From Camelus ferus (taxonomy: Eukaryota): a stretch of 64,000 nt of DNA. The notes under the pieces are model-generated. The model saw nothing but the letters and a program-made list of their open reading frames with translations. It was not told where the DNA came from and ran no database searches. Location of the stretch: the NCBI RefSeq assembly GCF_009834535.1, contig NC_045697.1:68512001-68576000 (forward strand), in the 5' to 3' direction. This document shows positions 12,217 through 23,267 of the stretch, piece after piece (within the stretch, counting starts at the first letter, position 1; each line of letters begins with the position of its first letter). Position numbers and translations under genes: made by a program.

Positions 12217-13687
12217 GAGGTGGCCAAGATGGCAGAGTAGAAAGACCCTGAACTTGTCTCCTCCCATGGACACAGCAAAATTACAACTACTTATAGAGCA
12301 GCTATCTATGAGTATAACCTGAAGACTAGCAGAAAAGATTTTCCATGGCTAAAGACATAAAGAAGGAACCACAGTGAGATGGGTAGGAGGAAAACTCACA
12401 CAAGTGTAGGCTAAAGAAAATGTTACCAAACAACATGTTACCAGACAACCAATGCGTCATTGAAGAACTCAAAGAGAAAATTAAAAAAAAAAAAAAAAAA
12501 AAAAACTGGAGACAAGTGAAAATGGAAACACAAAAATCTAAAATCTATGGGAAACAGTAGAAGCAGTTCTAAGAGTGAAGTTTATAGCAATATAAGCCTA
12601 CTTTAGGAAACAAGCAAATTTTCAAACAATCTACTCTTACACCTAAAGGGACTGGAAAGAGAACAACACCCAAAGTTAGCAGAAGGAAAGAAACAGTAAA
12701 GATCAGAGGGAAAATAAATGAAATAGAGACTAAAATAATAATGGAAAAGACCAATGAAACTAGGAACTGGTTCTTTGAAAAGATAAAATTGGTAAACCTT
12801 TAAACCAGACTCAAGAAAAAAGAGGGAGGCCAAATCATAAAATCAAAAATGAAAAAGGAGAGGTTACAACCCACATCACAGAAATACAAAGGCTCATAAG
12901 AAATTACTACAATTATATGTCAATAATATGGACAACCTAGAAGAAATGGACAAATTCCTAGAAATGTACAATCTCCCAAGACTAAATCAGGAAGAAATAG
13001 AAAATATGAATGGACTGATTACCAGTAATGAAATTGAATCATTAAAAAAAAAACAAAACTCCAACAAACAAAAGTCCAGGACCAGATGGTTTCAAAGGTG
13101 AATACTATCAAATATTTAAAGAATTAACACCTGTCTTTCTCAAACTATTCCAAAAAAATTGAAGAGGAAAAGAATGCTTTGAAACTCATTCTTTGATGCC
13201 AGTATCATGCTGATACCAAAACCAGACACAAACACCACAAAAAAAAAAAAAGGAAATTACAAGCAATATCACTGATGAACATAGATGCAATAGTCCTGAA
13301 CAAAATATTAGCAAATCATGTTCAACAAAGCATTAAAAGGATCATACACCATGATCAAGTTGGATTTATACCAAGGATGCAATGAAGTTTCAATATCCGC
13401 AATGTAATTGCTGTGATACACCACATTAACAAACTGAAGACTATAAACCATATGATTTCTCAATAGATGCAGAAAAAAGCTTTTCACAAAATTCAACATC
13501 CATTTATAATAAAAACTCTCTACAAAGTGGGTATAGAGGGAACATACCTCAACATAATAAAGGCCTTATGTGATAAACCTACAGCACATCATACTCAATG
13601 GTGAACAGCTGAAAGCATTTCCTCAAAGATCATAAACAAAACAAAGATGGCCACTCTCGCTACTTTTATTCAACATAGTATTAAAAG
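12217..13687 (+). mobile_element. L1 with 5'UTR start (12217-12390) fused to mid-ORF2 (12391-13687); 3' end missing; ORF2 frameshifted
   Basis: Starts GAGGTGGCCAAGATGGCAGAGTAGAAAGACCCTGAAC (L1 5' terminus type). Then ORF2 linker/RT motifs (TGGACAACCTAGAAGAAATGGACAAATTCCTAG, AAAAGTCCAGGACCAGATGG, TCAATAGATGCAGAAAAAAGC). Ends at TTCAACATAGTATT with no 3'UTR or poly(A). Confidence 0.9.
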
Positions 13688-14168
13688 CAGATACTCATGT
13701 ATATGCAGTATTTATAAATACTTAAGTGGAGATCAGTAAGATTTGAACAGACAATTCACAGAAGAGGAACACACATAGCTATATCATTAGATAATCAAAC
13801 TCTGTAAAATTTAAAAATAGAAATCAAACGATGATTTTCTAGATTATTTGTATTTGAATATTTATTGTGTCACATATGTACCACACAGTGTGTAGCTGAT
13901 TGGAATTTCAACTAGACATATTTGGTAAAATTCCTGCAATTATGTAATAACCTTTAGGACAAGAAGTAGCTATCTAGGTTCTTATTGCTGGGGACCACAT
14001 TAGCAAAATGCCGGTAAACAAGCTTATATATTTCCTTCATCATTTGTATGATTATTGCAAGTAGATAATATGGCTGTGCCTTTTATAGAAACTTCAGATT
14101 CACTTTTAAGTGGGCTAAAAGGTAGTAAAGTTCTCTATTATGTTTCTGAATAATCATTTGGCTGTGCG

Positions 14169-14895
14169 AGACATTGGCAAACTTTCTCTTACATGCTAGA
14201 TAGCAAACATTTTACATTTTGTAGGCCAGAGGATCTCTGCTGTGACTTCTTGACAGTGCAGTTGTCAGGAAGGAAAACTTCCCCATAACCCTCTTAGATT
14301 TAGTATGTGGGGCCCTGTGAAGTAAACTGACAAAAGACAGATTAGCAAGAGAAAAGACAGTTTACTCATGTATGTTCACAGGAGAGCTCACAGAAACCCC
14401 GTTAGCATGTGGAGTTATATACCATCTCAGTAGGGGAGGAGGTGGAGGAAAAAGGGCATTTATGGGAAAACAAGTGACTTTTTAGGAAAGATAAATGGGC
14501 CCTGAGGAGAAAAAATGGGAGATATGATAGTTTTGTGACAGTTTCTGTCTAGATGATTTCTTGTTCCCGTTGCCAACTTCTTTCCAGTGATTGGAGTCAA
14601 TCTTCCCTGGATGTGAAACTCCAGGAAGGGGATTTATGACAGTTGAATTCCTTTGGGAGGCTCTGCTTTTTAGGCAGATAAAGGGAGTTCACAAAAGCCT
14701 CTTCCTTCATTTATTGATTCTCAACTGTCTTCAACTCAAAATAATCCTTATGCCACAATGATATATTCTGGAACCCTTTATAGTTTTATCATGAAAGCAA
14801 TCATAGACAATATTTAAATGAATGAGGATGGCCATGGTTCAATAAATCTTTATTTACAAAGTCATTGGCTAAGGGTTCATAGTTTGCAGACCCTG
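14169..14895. mobile_element. MER58-like hAT-Charlie MITE split by an LTR
   Basis: Left part TTGGCAAACTTTCT...TTTGTAGGCCAGAGG. Right part GAAAGCAATCATAGACAATATTTAAATGAATGAG...TTTATTTACAAA...ATAGTTTGCAGACCCTG. Confidence 0.8.
14263..14780 (-). mobile_element. ERV1-class solo LTR (MER34/MER39-like)
   Basis: Minus strand starts TAAAGGGTTCCAGAATATATCATTGTGGCATAAGGATTATTTTGAGTTGAAG and ends ...CCTGACA. 4-bp flanks CAGT/TAGT. Confidence 0.8.
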
Positions 14896-15114
14896 CTCTA
14901 GACTTTTAATAGTTCTAGAGACACATACTAAATATTGATAATGCAGTTAAGATTCATCTTGTTAACAAGAAGTTTTTTACTTAATTTCCTGTACTTGGTT
15001 TGTCAAGAGCCTTCAATATTATATTTCTATAGTATTTATAATGCTGCTTTTGGAAAAGTAGGAAATAATAGCATTTAATTTTCAGATAATTAGATAATTA
15101 TCTACTTGAATGAA

Positions 15115-15325
15115 CATAATTTTGGAAACAAATATAGCTCAGATTTTTGGCTCTGCCATTTACTAGTTGTGGGAAAATAATGTCTCCAAAACTCAGTTTG
15201 TTCATTTATAACAGGGAAAGAATAGTATCTTTTTCATAGAGTTATTGTCAAAATTAAATAGAAAATACATAAAATAAGTTAGCACACTCCCTTAGCACAT
15301 AGTAACTTCTAAACAACTAATGGCT
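15115..15325 (+). mobile_element. MIR SINE
   Basis: GGCTCTGCCATTTACTAGTTGTG...CTCAGTTTGTTCATTTATAACAGGG...TTAGCACATAGTAA core. Confidence 0.8.
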
Positions 15326-15829
15326 AAGCTGCTGTTTTGTAGTTTATTGCTTATTAGTAAATAGAGGCTTTATTGGACAGACAATGGAGAAATGAGCATT
15401 TCAGTTCTACTGACATCCCTATAATAGATTTGAAATCTGCACCTTGAAACATTCAGTTTTAATGATGATAGTTACCACTTAAAAACTACATGCTCTAAAT
15501 TTTATAACCAGGAACATATCCATATTATTTTGTTCAGAACTCTGAACAAAAACCTACTCCTCAGCCCTCTTAGATTCAGTTCCTAAGATGAAAGTACTGA
15601 AATCAGAGTACTGATGAAATAGACCCAAGTGCCAGTTTGAAAACATATCATTTGAAAGATACAGAAGAGTCTAAATTGGTATTATCGTAAGTTCAGGATC
15701 CTGACTCTTACGTCCTTTTGTCTGAACTTACTAGCTTTATGTAAGGTTGACTGGTGACTGAAAAAGAATAGCACATTAAACAGATTAGAATAGTGCATTG
15801 AATGGTTAAATTACAATATAATGAAGTAA

Positions 15830-16720
15830 ATTGCTATCAAGCATGGGAGAAGCTGATGACATCACAGACTCAAAACATCCTGTAACAGTCAAAAATGCTT
15901 TATTCATCCTTCCCTCTCATCAGGGAGCACTGACAACCCTAATGACATCTGGGTTTCTTTCAAGCCAGTGGGTTTTGGACAGGGTTGAGAGTTTTTTACT
16001 TTGGTTCACAACCCCAATTAGGAAAAAAATTAGCCACTTTCAGGGGATGAACAATTCTTTTCACAGAAGACTTCTTCTGAGTATATTTGAAATGCAAATG
16101 TTAAAACCCCTAAAGAAAATGAAGGCAAAATAAATAAATAAGCAGTGCAAGTGTTCTTAAGAGCTGCAGTAATTTATTATCAAGCAATTAGCCTTGCAAG
16201 AAGCTCCCATTTCTCAGTTTAGAATATTTCGGTCAATATTGAAAATATAATTATAATAAAGGTTGAAGACACAGTGCAGTACTCAAATGTTAACCATTTA
16301 CAAACAATTTGTCTTTAATGACAGACAGGAGAGCATCTAATTACACTCAACATTTCAAGAAAGGCTGACTATTTGCCGAACAGCTCTCCATTTGATTGCC
16401 TGTAAAGTGCAGCCCTGGGTTGTTAAAGGGAAAATAGGATTTTTGGCTCCAGGTAATTAACTTTCCCGCTGTTCCTTTCTTAGGCCCTAATGAAGGCCCT
16501 TTGAAGTCTTCATTTTACCAATGGGTATTTGTCAAGGCCAAAAAAATAATGTACAGCCCAAGTCCTTCAAATAATAGTTTTCTTTATCATTCCTCTGTAA
16601 AAATCTTTGAAATGACTAATGATGGCCTGAAAGGTGCAAAAGAGCAAGGCTCTCTGCTTGAAAGGAGCTCAGTCATCTGGAGGGCTGGGACAGGACAGCC
16701 TTGGAGAGGAAAGTGATACT
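15830..16720. promoter_or_regulatory. Candidate conserved non-coding/enhancer block
   Basis: Repeat-free complex sequence with clustered TAAT/CAATTA/TAATTA, AACAAT and TGATTG motifs. Inference only; no conservation data available. Confidence 0.3.
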
Positions 16721-17715
16721 GAGCTGAAGCAGGGTGGAGACGGATTATTTGAAATCTAGATACTTTCAACAAAGGCTCATTCTTCAAAGCATTGTGGAAA
16801 AGTGTAAAGGAGGAAAAAAGTATGAAAAGTAAAGATAAGTGAAAAAATTTAAAGCGTATTTTAAAATACATACATGATCACAGGAATTCTTTGTGGAGTG
16901 TGAATGGGCCTGTATTTAGAAGCATTTGCTTGAAATAGGAATAAGGGTGAGATCAGTCACAGAGTTGGCCTGCTGCATTTGTCTCAGAGATCACTAGATA
17001 TCTTTCTAGCACTTCTTTTTCTCCTATGAGTCTAGCATTTATAGAATCCATTCGAAGAGAACTCAGAAGTGCAGCGTTTCTTGGACTCTTGATAAGCTGT
17101 CTGAATCAGGTGCCATTGTGCCACAGATTTCCTCAAGCAAGCCCCTTCCTTTATTAAGGTGCACGAAGAGACTTTGAATTACTGATTTGCTTTTGTTAAG
17201 ACTTCCCTGCCCAGTTTCCTAAGTGGCCTATTTGAGATGAGTTTTCTTAGAGCTGATAATGAGCTAATTCTGACACATTGTGGGGTCTCACATTCTGATA
17301 TATGTATTTCAGATTATTCAGAGAAGAGAGAACCAGCATTAATGGAATCCTCACTGTGTGCCACATTACCACTGTGTCACTTTAACCTCCCAGCTTTTGT
17401 GAGGTTGAAGGGATAATCTTAATTAGTTAGTCTCCTCCTGGACTCAACCCCTAGTACCCTAAACTTGATTTACTTAAACCATTACATAAACCACTCTACC
17501 AGCAATGTCTTTAACACTCAGTACAAATATGCTTCCAGCAAACTCACTTGGAAAAATCTATAAACGTTTGAATAATGGAACCATCTGCTTTCTCCAGTGC
17601 TTCACTCATAGCTTATTCTAGCTAGTAGTATGTTCAAACGATGCCTCTAATCACTTGCTTAAGACTTGCTTCCCTTCTCAACATGCAAATGTTCTTTAAT
17701 TCCCCCACATGTAAT

Positions 17716-18097
17716 TGTCAAAAAAGAAGACAACAGGCCCCAAACAGAGTCACTAAGCCCCACATCACCAAACTGACTTCAGTTGATTACAGTTTTGGCT
17801 CTCCCAGAAATGGAATCTTAAACCAGTCAGTGAGGAATCACCTGATCAGCACTGGTGAGGTAATCTTCCCAGTTACCTGCCATCCCCTAAAGGAAAGTAA
17901 CCGTGCAGTAACCACTCTGCTTTTTTGCCTAGTATGACTTCCTTGCTCCAGCTCCCTTCTCCTACAAAAGTCTTTCATTTTGTACAGCTTCCCGGAGCTC
18001 CTCTCTATCTGCCAGATTGGAGCCTGCCCTGTTCAAATAAATTTTTGCTCAAGTAAACTCTTATAGTTTTTAATATGCCTCAGTTTATCTTTTCACA
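17716..18097 (+). mobile_element. ERV1-class solo LTR
   Basis: TG...CA termini, perfect 4-bp TSD TAAT (17712-17715 / 18098-18101), AATAAA near the 3' end and a typical GCTCAAGTAAACTC...CCTCAGTTTATCTTTTCACA ending. Confidence 0.9.
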
Positions 18098-18842
18098 TAA
18101 TACATCTTCTTGGATCTTACATTCTCCTCTAAGCATCATCTGATCTCTCCTTCACCAAAAAGCCTGTACATCAGAAAGAGTGCTAGACACATGCTGTCCC
18201 CATTGCTTCACCTGCTGTTTAGCCCATTGAAATCTGATTTGTGTGCCTCACTGTCACATCATCTCTGGGCCTCTCTGCAACTCCATAACTATCCCTTCTA
18301 AAACCCTTGGGTCCCAAGATCTGACTTCTCCATGTTCTCCTGCCTTGTTGGTAGTTCCATCTCAGCCTCCTCTTCCAGAATGTTGTTTTTTCTGTATTAA
18401 TAACTTGCATTCTGATATTTTCTAAAATCAATCCCTGGCTTTTTTCTCTCCTTATTTTGACCTCTTTCTGGGGTCTCCTGTGTTCCCTGATGGCATCCAT
18501 TTCTGTGGTCAAAGCCAGACCTCACTTTGAGGCTCTAGACACAGACTTTAAACTTGAATTACAGACCTAGGAAATCTCTTCTTAGATTTCTTGTCTTTCC
18601 TACCACCACCCCCCCCCCAGTATATTTCTCCTTTATTATTCACAAACCTAATTAATGACACCATCATCCACCCATGAGCTAGTCTGGTAATGGCTGAAAG
18701 CTTAGAGATGACGAAGACTTGGCTTGTACTTTTCCACATTTTACTCCTGAAGCCACAATAGGAAGGGCAAAGGATACAAGTGGTAGACATAGGTCCCAAT
18801 TTCTTCCTTGTCCTCATGTGAAGGAGTGCTCAAAATCTGGTG

Positions 18843-19014
18843 GGTTTGTTTGTTTGTTTACAGCACACATTTGGCTTGTTTTATTCGTTTTATGAGGGGG
18901 TGATAATTGTGTTTATTCATTTATTTCTATTTGGAGGAGGAAGTGCTGGGGAATGAACCTGGGACCTCGTGCACGTCAGGCATGTGCTTTACCACTTCAG
19001 CTATATGATCCCCC
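18843..19014 (-). mobile_element. Vic-1-type camelid tRNA-derived SINE
   Basis: Minus strand GGGGATCATATAGCTGAAGTGGTAAAGCACATGCCTGACGTGCACGAGGTCCCAGGTTCATTCCCCAGCAC with Pol III A/B-box remnants and an A-rich tail. Perfect 12-bp TSD CAAAATCTGGTG (18831-18842 / 19015-19026). Confidence 0.9.
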
Positions 19015-20975
19015 CAAAATCTGGTGTTCTTGACCACCCACAGAGGAAGAAATGCCTGCCAGGTCAGGGAAACGCAGAATTCCGGGCACACTGCCGCTCT
19101 GCATGTTGCTGCATCAGCACTCTGAAGCAAATTATTGTATGAGAAGGCCGTGACCTCCTTGGTGTGCCTGCGCGTGAGCAGTCTTCCTAGATATATGCCC
19201 TGCACCAGGCCCTAGGAGTCTTCTCTGTATGTCCTTTTAGAAGGTATTTGTGGACAAGCCTTGTCATGGCCCACCAAAACCCAGTTACCCAAGTCAGAAA
19301 ATGTACCCTTGCTTCCTCCCTCTCCCTCACCTCCTATATTCAACTAAGGATTAAGTTCACCCACTTTTATTCATCAATGTCTTTTGTCTATCTATTCTTC
19401 CTTATTTCTGGTGCTATTGCCACCATCATTCTCAGATGAGATACTGCAAAATCTTCAACCTGATCTCTGCCCTCAATCCCTGCCCTCTCTCCCATCCGTT
19501 CTCCACTACTGTCAGCATTAGCATCCTACACTATAAATATGATACTTCCTCACCCCTTCTCAAAAATCCTTCAATGACTCCTCTTCACCTTCAGGATAAA
19601 CTCTAACCTCCATAACACAGCAACAGATCCAATATAAGCTGGGTCCTTTTGAGCCCTGAAATCTTTCTTATCATTGGCTTTTCTTCTCCTCTTCCTGCAA
19701 GGGATTTCCAGTTCCTCCAGCATGTGCTCTTTCCTTAACCTCCATGCCTTCTAATAGGTGTGGAATGCTGTCCCTTTGACTCCCACCTGCACCACGGCCC
19801 TCTTCACAGTGATGTTCACTTGTCTGACAAAACTAATTTCAGGTCTACCCACATACCTCATCTGCAAGTCTTGGATTCCATTTTCATAACACATCTAGAC
19901 TCCAGCTGCTTCTCATACTAGTTCAGGTGACTGTGATCTTTCAGATAGATTCTTGCAAGTCTGTTGACTTCTGCCATTGCTTGCCCCATGGTGTATTCCC
20001 TTACACAGCAGCTAGAGGGACACGTGAAATTCTGTTATATCGTATTACTCCTCTGCTTACAACTAACAGACTTACTTAAGAAAAAGCAAAAATTCTCACA
20101 AGGGCTTTAATAGCCTACATGATCTGGTCTCTAATCACCTCTCTGATCTCACATCACATGTTTCTCCCAATCATTTTAAGTAGGCAATACTGTCTTGTTT
20201 GCTGTTCCAACACACTCTGCCTTGGGACGTGTTTCTTCTGCCCAATCATTATACTCTCAAGTTTTTTATATATACACACATATATATGCACATCTTCTGA
20301 TGTATGCATAGATCCATATGTATGGCTCGTTCCCCCATTCCAAACGCTACCTTACAAAAACACCTTGTCTGATAACTCCAACTAAAAGAACAATCCTTCC
20401 TTCAGTATTCTCAATCTTCTTATCTCACTTCCCCTTTTTTCACAGCATCTTCCAACGTGTCCTATATTTTGTGTTGTTTTTTTCTTCACTATCCCAATAA
20501 ATATAATCTCCAGGAGAGGGACCTTCATTATATTGTCCACTGCTGTATCCCCAAAACAGGGGATAATGAGTAAATGAGTGCACAGATGAAAAAGTAGATG
20601 GTTAGATGAATCTATTGTCTTTCCTTTTGTGTCCTTCAGACACTATAGATTCCAAGTAAAAATGTATTATCACTTTTTTATGATTCTAAAGACATTTTGC
20701 TCCCAATTTTGAGATATTTGGAAACAAAAGGTATCACATTCCATAAGTTACTTTTACCCAGTAACTTGTAAATACATGTTATTTGTTTGTTTCACTTCAA
20801 AGAGCTTACATTTCAGGAGGATGCCATGTTGGGAGACCATTAACACTTTACAGAGCAGAGGCAATCTTTAAATATCATTTTGCTTTTATTTTCTTGCCTT
20901 AATCAATTCTATTTTAGAGATAACCCCAGTAACAAAAATAAGACAGCTTAAACGTACTAGGTTTAACATACTAGA

Positions 20976-21415
20976 TGTTTTAGTTTCCTAGTACTGCCCT
21001 AACAAAGCATCACAAACTGGGTGGCTTAAAGCAACAAGAGTTTATTCTGTCACAGTTCTGGGCACTAAAAATTTGAAATCAAGATGTTGGCAGTACCTGG
21101 CTCCCTCCAAAGCCACTAGAGGATGATCTTCCTTGTCCCTTCCAGCCTCTGGTAGCCTCAGGTGTTCCTCAGCTTGCCGCAGCATAACTCTAATCTTTAG
21201 CTCTCTGTCTTCATGGCCATCTTCCATCTGTGCCTTTCTTCTTCTTGTAAGGACACCAATCGTATTGAAATAAGGGCCCACCCTTCTCCAGAATGATCTC
21301 ACTTTAACTAGTTACATCTGCACAAACTTTTTCCAAGTAAAGTCGCATTCTAAGATGTTCAAGGAGTCAGAACATTAACATATTATTGGGGGGGGACACA
21401 ATTCCACCCGTAGCA
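20976..21415 (-). mobile_element. MaLR solo LTR (MLT1C-like)
   Basis: TG...CA termini. CACAAACTGGGTGGCTTAAAGCAACAAGAGTTTATTCTGTCACAGTTCTGG, TAAGGACACCAATCGTATTG and GGGGACACAATTC motifs. Confidence 0.9.
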
Positions 21416-21459
21416 CCAGGGAAACAAAGTCTTATACATTTCCCTCCATTGAGGTTGCT

Positions 21460-21975
21460 CCTTTATTCATTTCACAGACATTTACTCAGCAACTGTTTTT
21501 TAATAGACGCAATGCTAGATTCTGAGCAACAAGAATGAGTTAGACCTAGTCCTTGCTTAAAAGGAGGTATAGAAACAAACACTTAAAATGCCACTTTTAG
21601 ATGTGATACCAGTGGTATCGATCAGAGTGCCATGGGGGCGTAGATTAGTGTGTGATTAATTCAGCCTGTGAGATCAAGCTAGCCATTACAAAGATAATTT
21701 TCTGAATTTAATATTAATGGAAGTATAAGAGCTAAGAAGGAAGAAAGATCAGAGTAGATCTTTCCAGATATGGGTTCATTCAACACACATATATTGAGCA
21801 CCTGGTATATGCTAAACATAAGAGTTAGGTGCTGGCATACAAATATAATTTGGGTTGCTTTTAGGGAATACAGACATTAAATATTCTGTTTTTATGGGAT
21901 ACTAATTTAGTGGGGAAGACAGAAAAGTAAACAGACAATCATAATAAAATGTGATAGGTACTATGATGGAGCTAT
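21460..21975 (-). mobile_element. L2 3' fragments
   Basis: ATTCATTTCACAGACATTTACTCAGCA and TTCATTCAACACACATATTGAGCACCTGGTATATGC...TAATTTAGTGGGGAAGACAGA. Confidence 0.7.
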
Positions 21976-22760
21976 AAATGAATAGAGAAAACAAATAATT
22001 TGGTTTGAATACCATGTTAAATGCTTTGGCAATGTCATGCAGACTCATATAGATGAGTGACATGATTAGACATTTTGCCAAAAAGAAAACGCAAGACTCC
22101 TATAGAGCATTTTATTATAGTCTGAAGAATATTTCAGACAGTGCAGTGTCAATCTCTCTTTCATTGAAAGTCCAGATTTTTATATAAATATACCCTTATG
22201 CTCTTTGCTAGATGTTGCTTGGATGTTGTGTTTTTATCACTATCCATAAATTAGCCACCCAGGGTCTAAAACAAACAGATGATAAGAAAGGAATAAAAAG
22301 GAGGGCCAAGTTTCTTTCTCTTGGGCATCAAGCTATAAAAAAAAAAAAAAAAGAAAAAAGAAAAGGGAAAGAAAGTACCAAATCAAAAATTATTTGAATC
22401 TAAAGTTTTTCTCTGCATTATGAAAACATAATCTCCTTTTAAATCACTGGATTCTGTAGTAAGAAAGGATGTGGGGAAAATCCTCACTTACCAGAGTCCA
22501 CAGTTTTTTCTAAACACAACATTTTCTCATGGTCCCTTTTGTTTTAAGGGTATCTCAGAAATAACAATTTGACATAAATGGTCATATATGAAAATTGTAA
22601 AGAAAAGATTTACATACACATATGAGTATACATTTATAACTTTATCTTTTTAAATGCATATAAATGAAATTCTATAATATATTGACCACTGGAAGCTGCC
22701 TTAAAAAATGGCAGAGAGAACTTTTGCTAAAATTGTGAAACATAAGTATAAAACCCCATC

Positions 22761-23267
22761 TTTGAGGAAAAACTTTTCCTCTACCATCTTACGTTAAGTT
22801 CTTGAGGGCCTGCAAATTAGATTGACAAAAGACAGATTAGCAAGAAAAATAACAAATTTTAATCACCTATTTACATAAGGGAATTCACCAAGAAATGTGA
22901 CTGGTTCGAATGTAGTGGTTAGAATTTAGAACACATAGGCGAAAGGGATGGGGAGAAGAAGACGTATGGGAAAAAAAAATGAAGAAAGGCACTTCTGGGA
23001 AAACAAATGACTTTTTGGTGAGCCCTTAGGAGAACATACGGGACATAGGAATAGTTTTGTGATAACTTCTTTTGGGTGTGCTGCTGACTTCTGTTTGCCT
23101 CTGGTGATAAGAATCAACTGTCCCAGGTTGCTTTCCAGGAGGGAATTTATGACAATAGAGTTCTTTTGAAGAAGGCTCTATTTTTAGGTAAATAAGGGGT
23201 TTCGGAAACTCTAATGCCTTCAGCTCAAAATAACGTATGCTACAGTGGCATATTCTAGATCCCTTTA
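22761..23267 (-). mobile_element. ERV1-class solo LTR, same family as 14263-14780
   Basis: Shares TGACAAAAGACAGATTAGCAAGA, GAAAACAA(A/G)TGACTTTT, ATTTATGACA and CTCAAAATAA blocks with the copy at 14263-14780. Confidence 0.8.

Larger units (their letters stand above)
17440..20590 (+). mobile_element. Fragmented L2 (one or more copies) hosting several younger insertions
   Basis: Pyrimidine-rich L2 motifs (AATGACACCATCATCCACCCA...CCAGTTACCCAAGTCAGAAA, CCTTCAATGACTCCTC, TTGTCCACTGCTGTATCCCCA) and a GAAT/GAGT-like tail near 20570. Confidence 0.75.

Noticed and set aside
12391..13687. Active L1 ORF2 / reverse transcriptase CDS
   Set aside because: No long plus-strand ORF in the track; expanded A tracts, frameshifts and stops; truncated on both sides.
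17445..17525. Possible mitochondrial 12S rRNA NUMT (CCCTAAACTT...CTACCAGCAA...ACTCA)
   Set aside because: Similarity is patchy, and the segment continues into clear L2 sequence, which explains it better.
18930..19014. Functional tRNA gene
   Set aside because: It is the head of a SINE with an A-rich tail and TSD; cloverleaf and B box are degraded.
14263..23267. Full-length provirus bounded by the two similar LTRs
   Set aside because: No gag/pol/env or PBS between them; the interval holds older MIR, L2 and MLT1 elements, and the first LTR sits inside a contiguous MER58.
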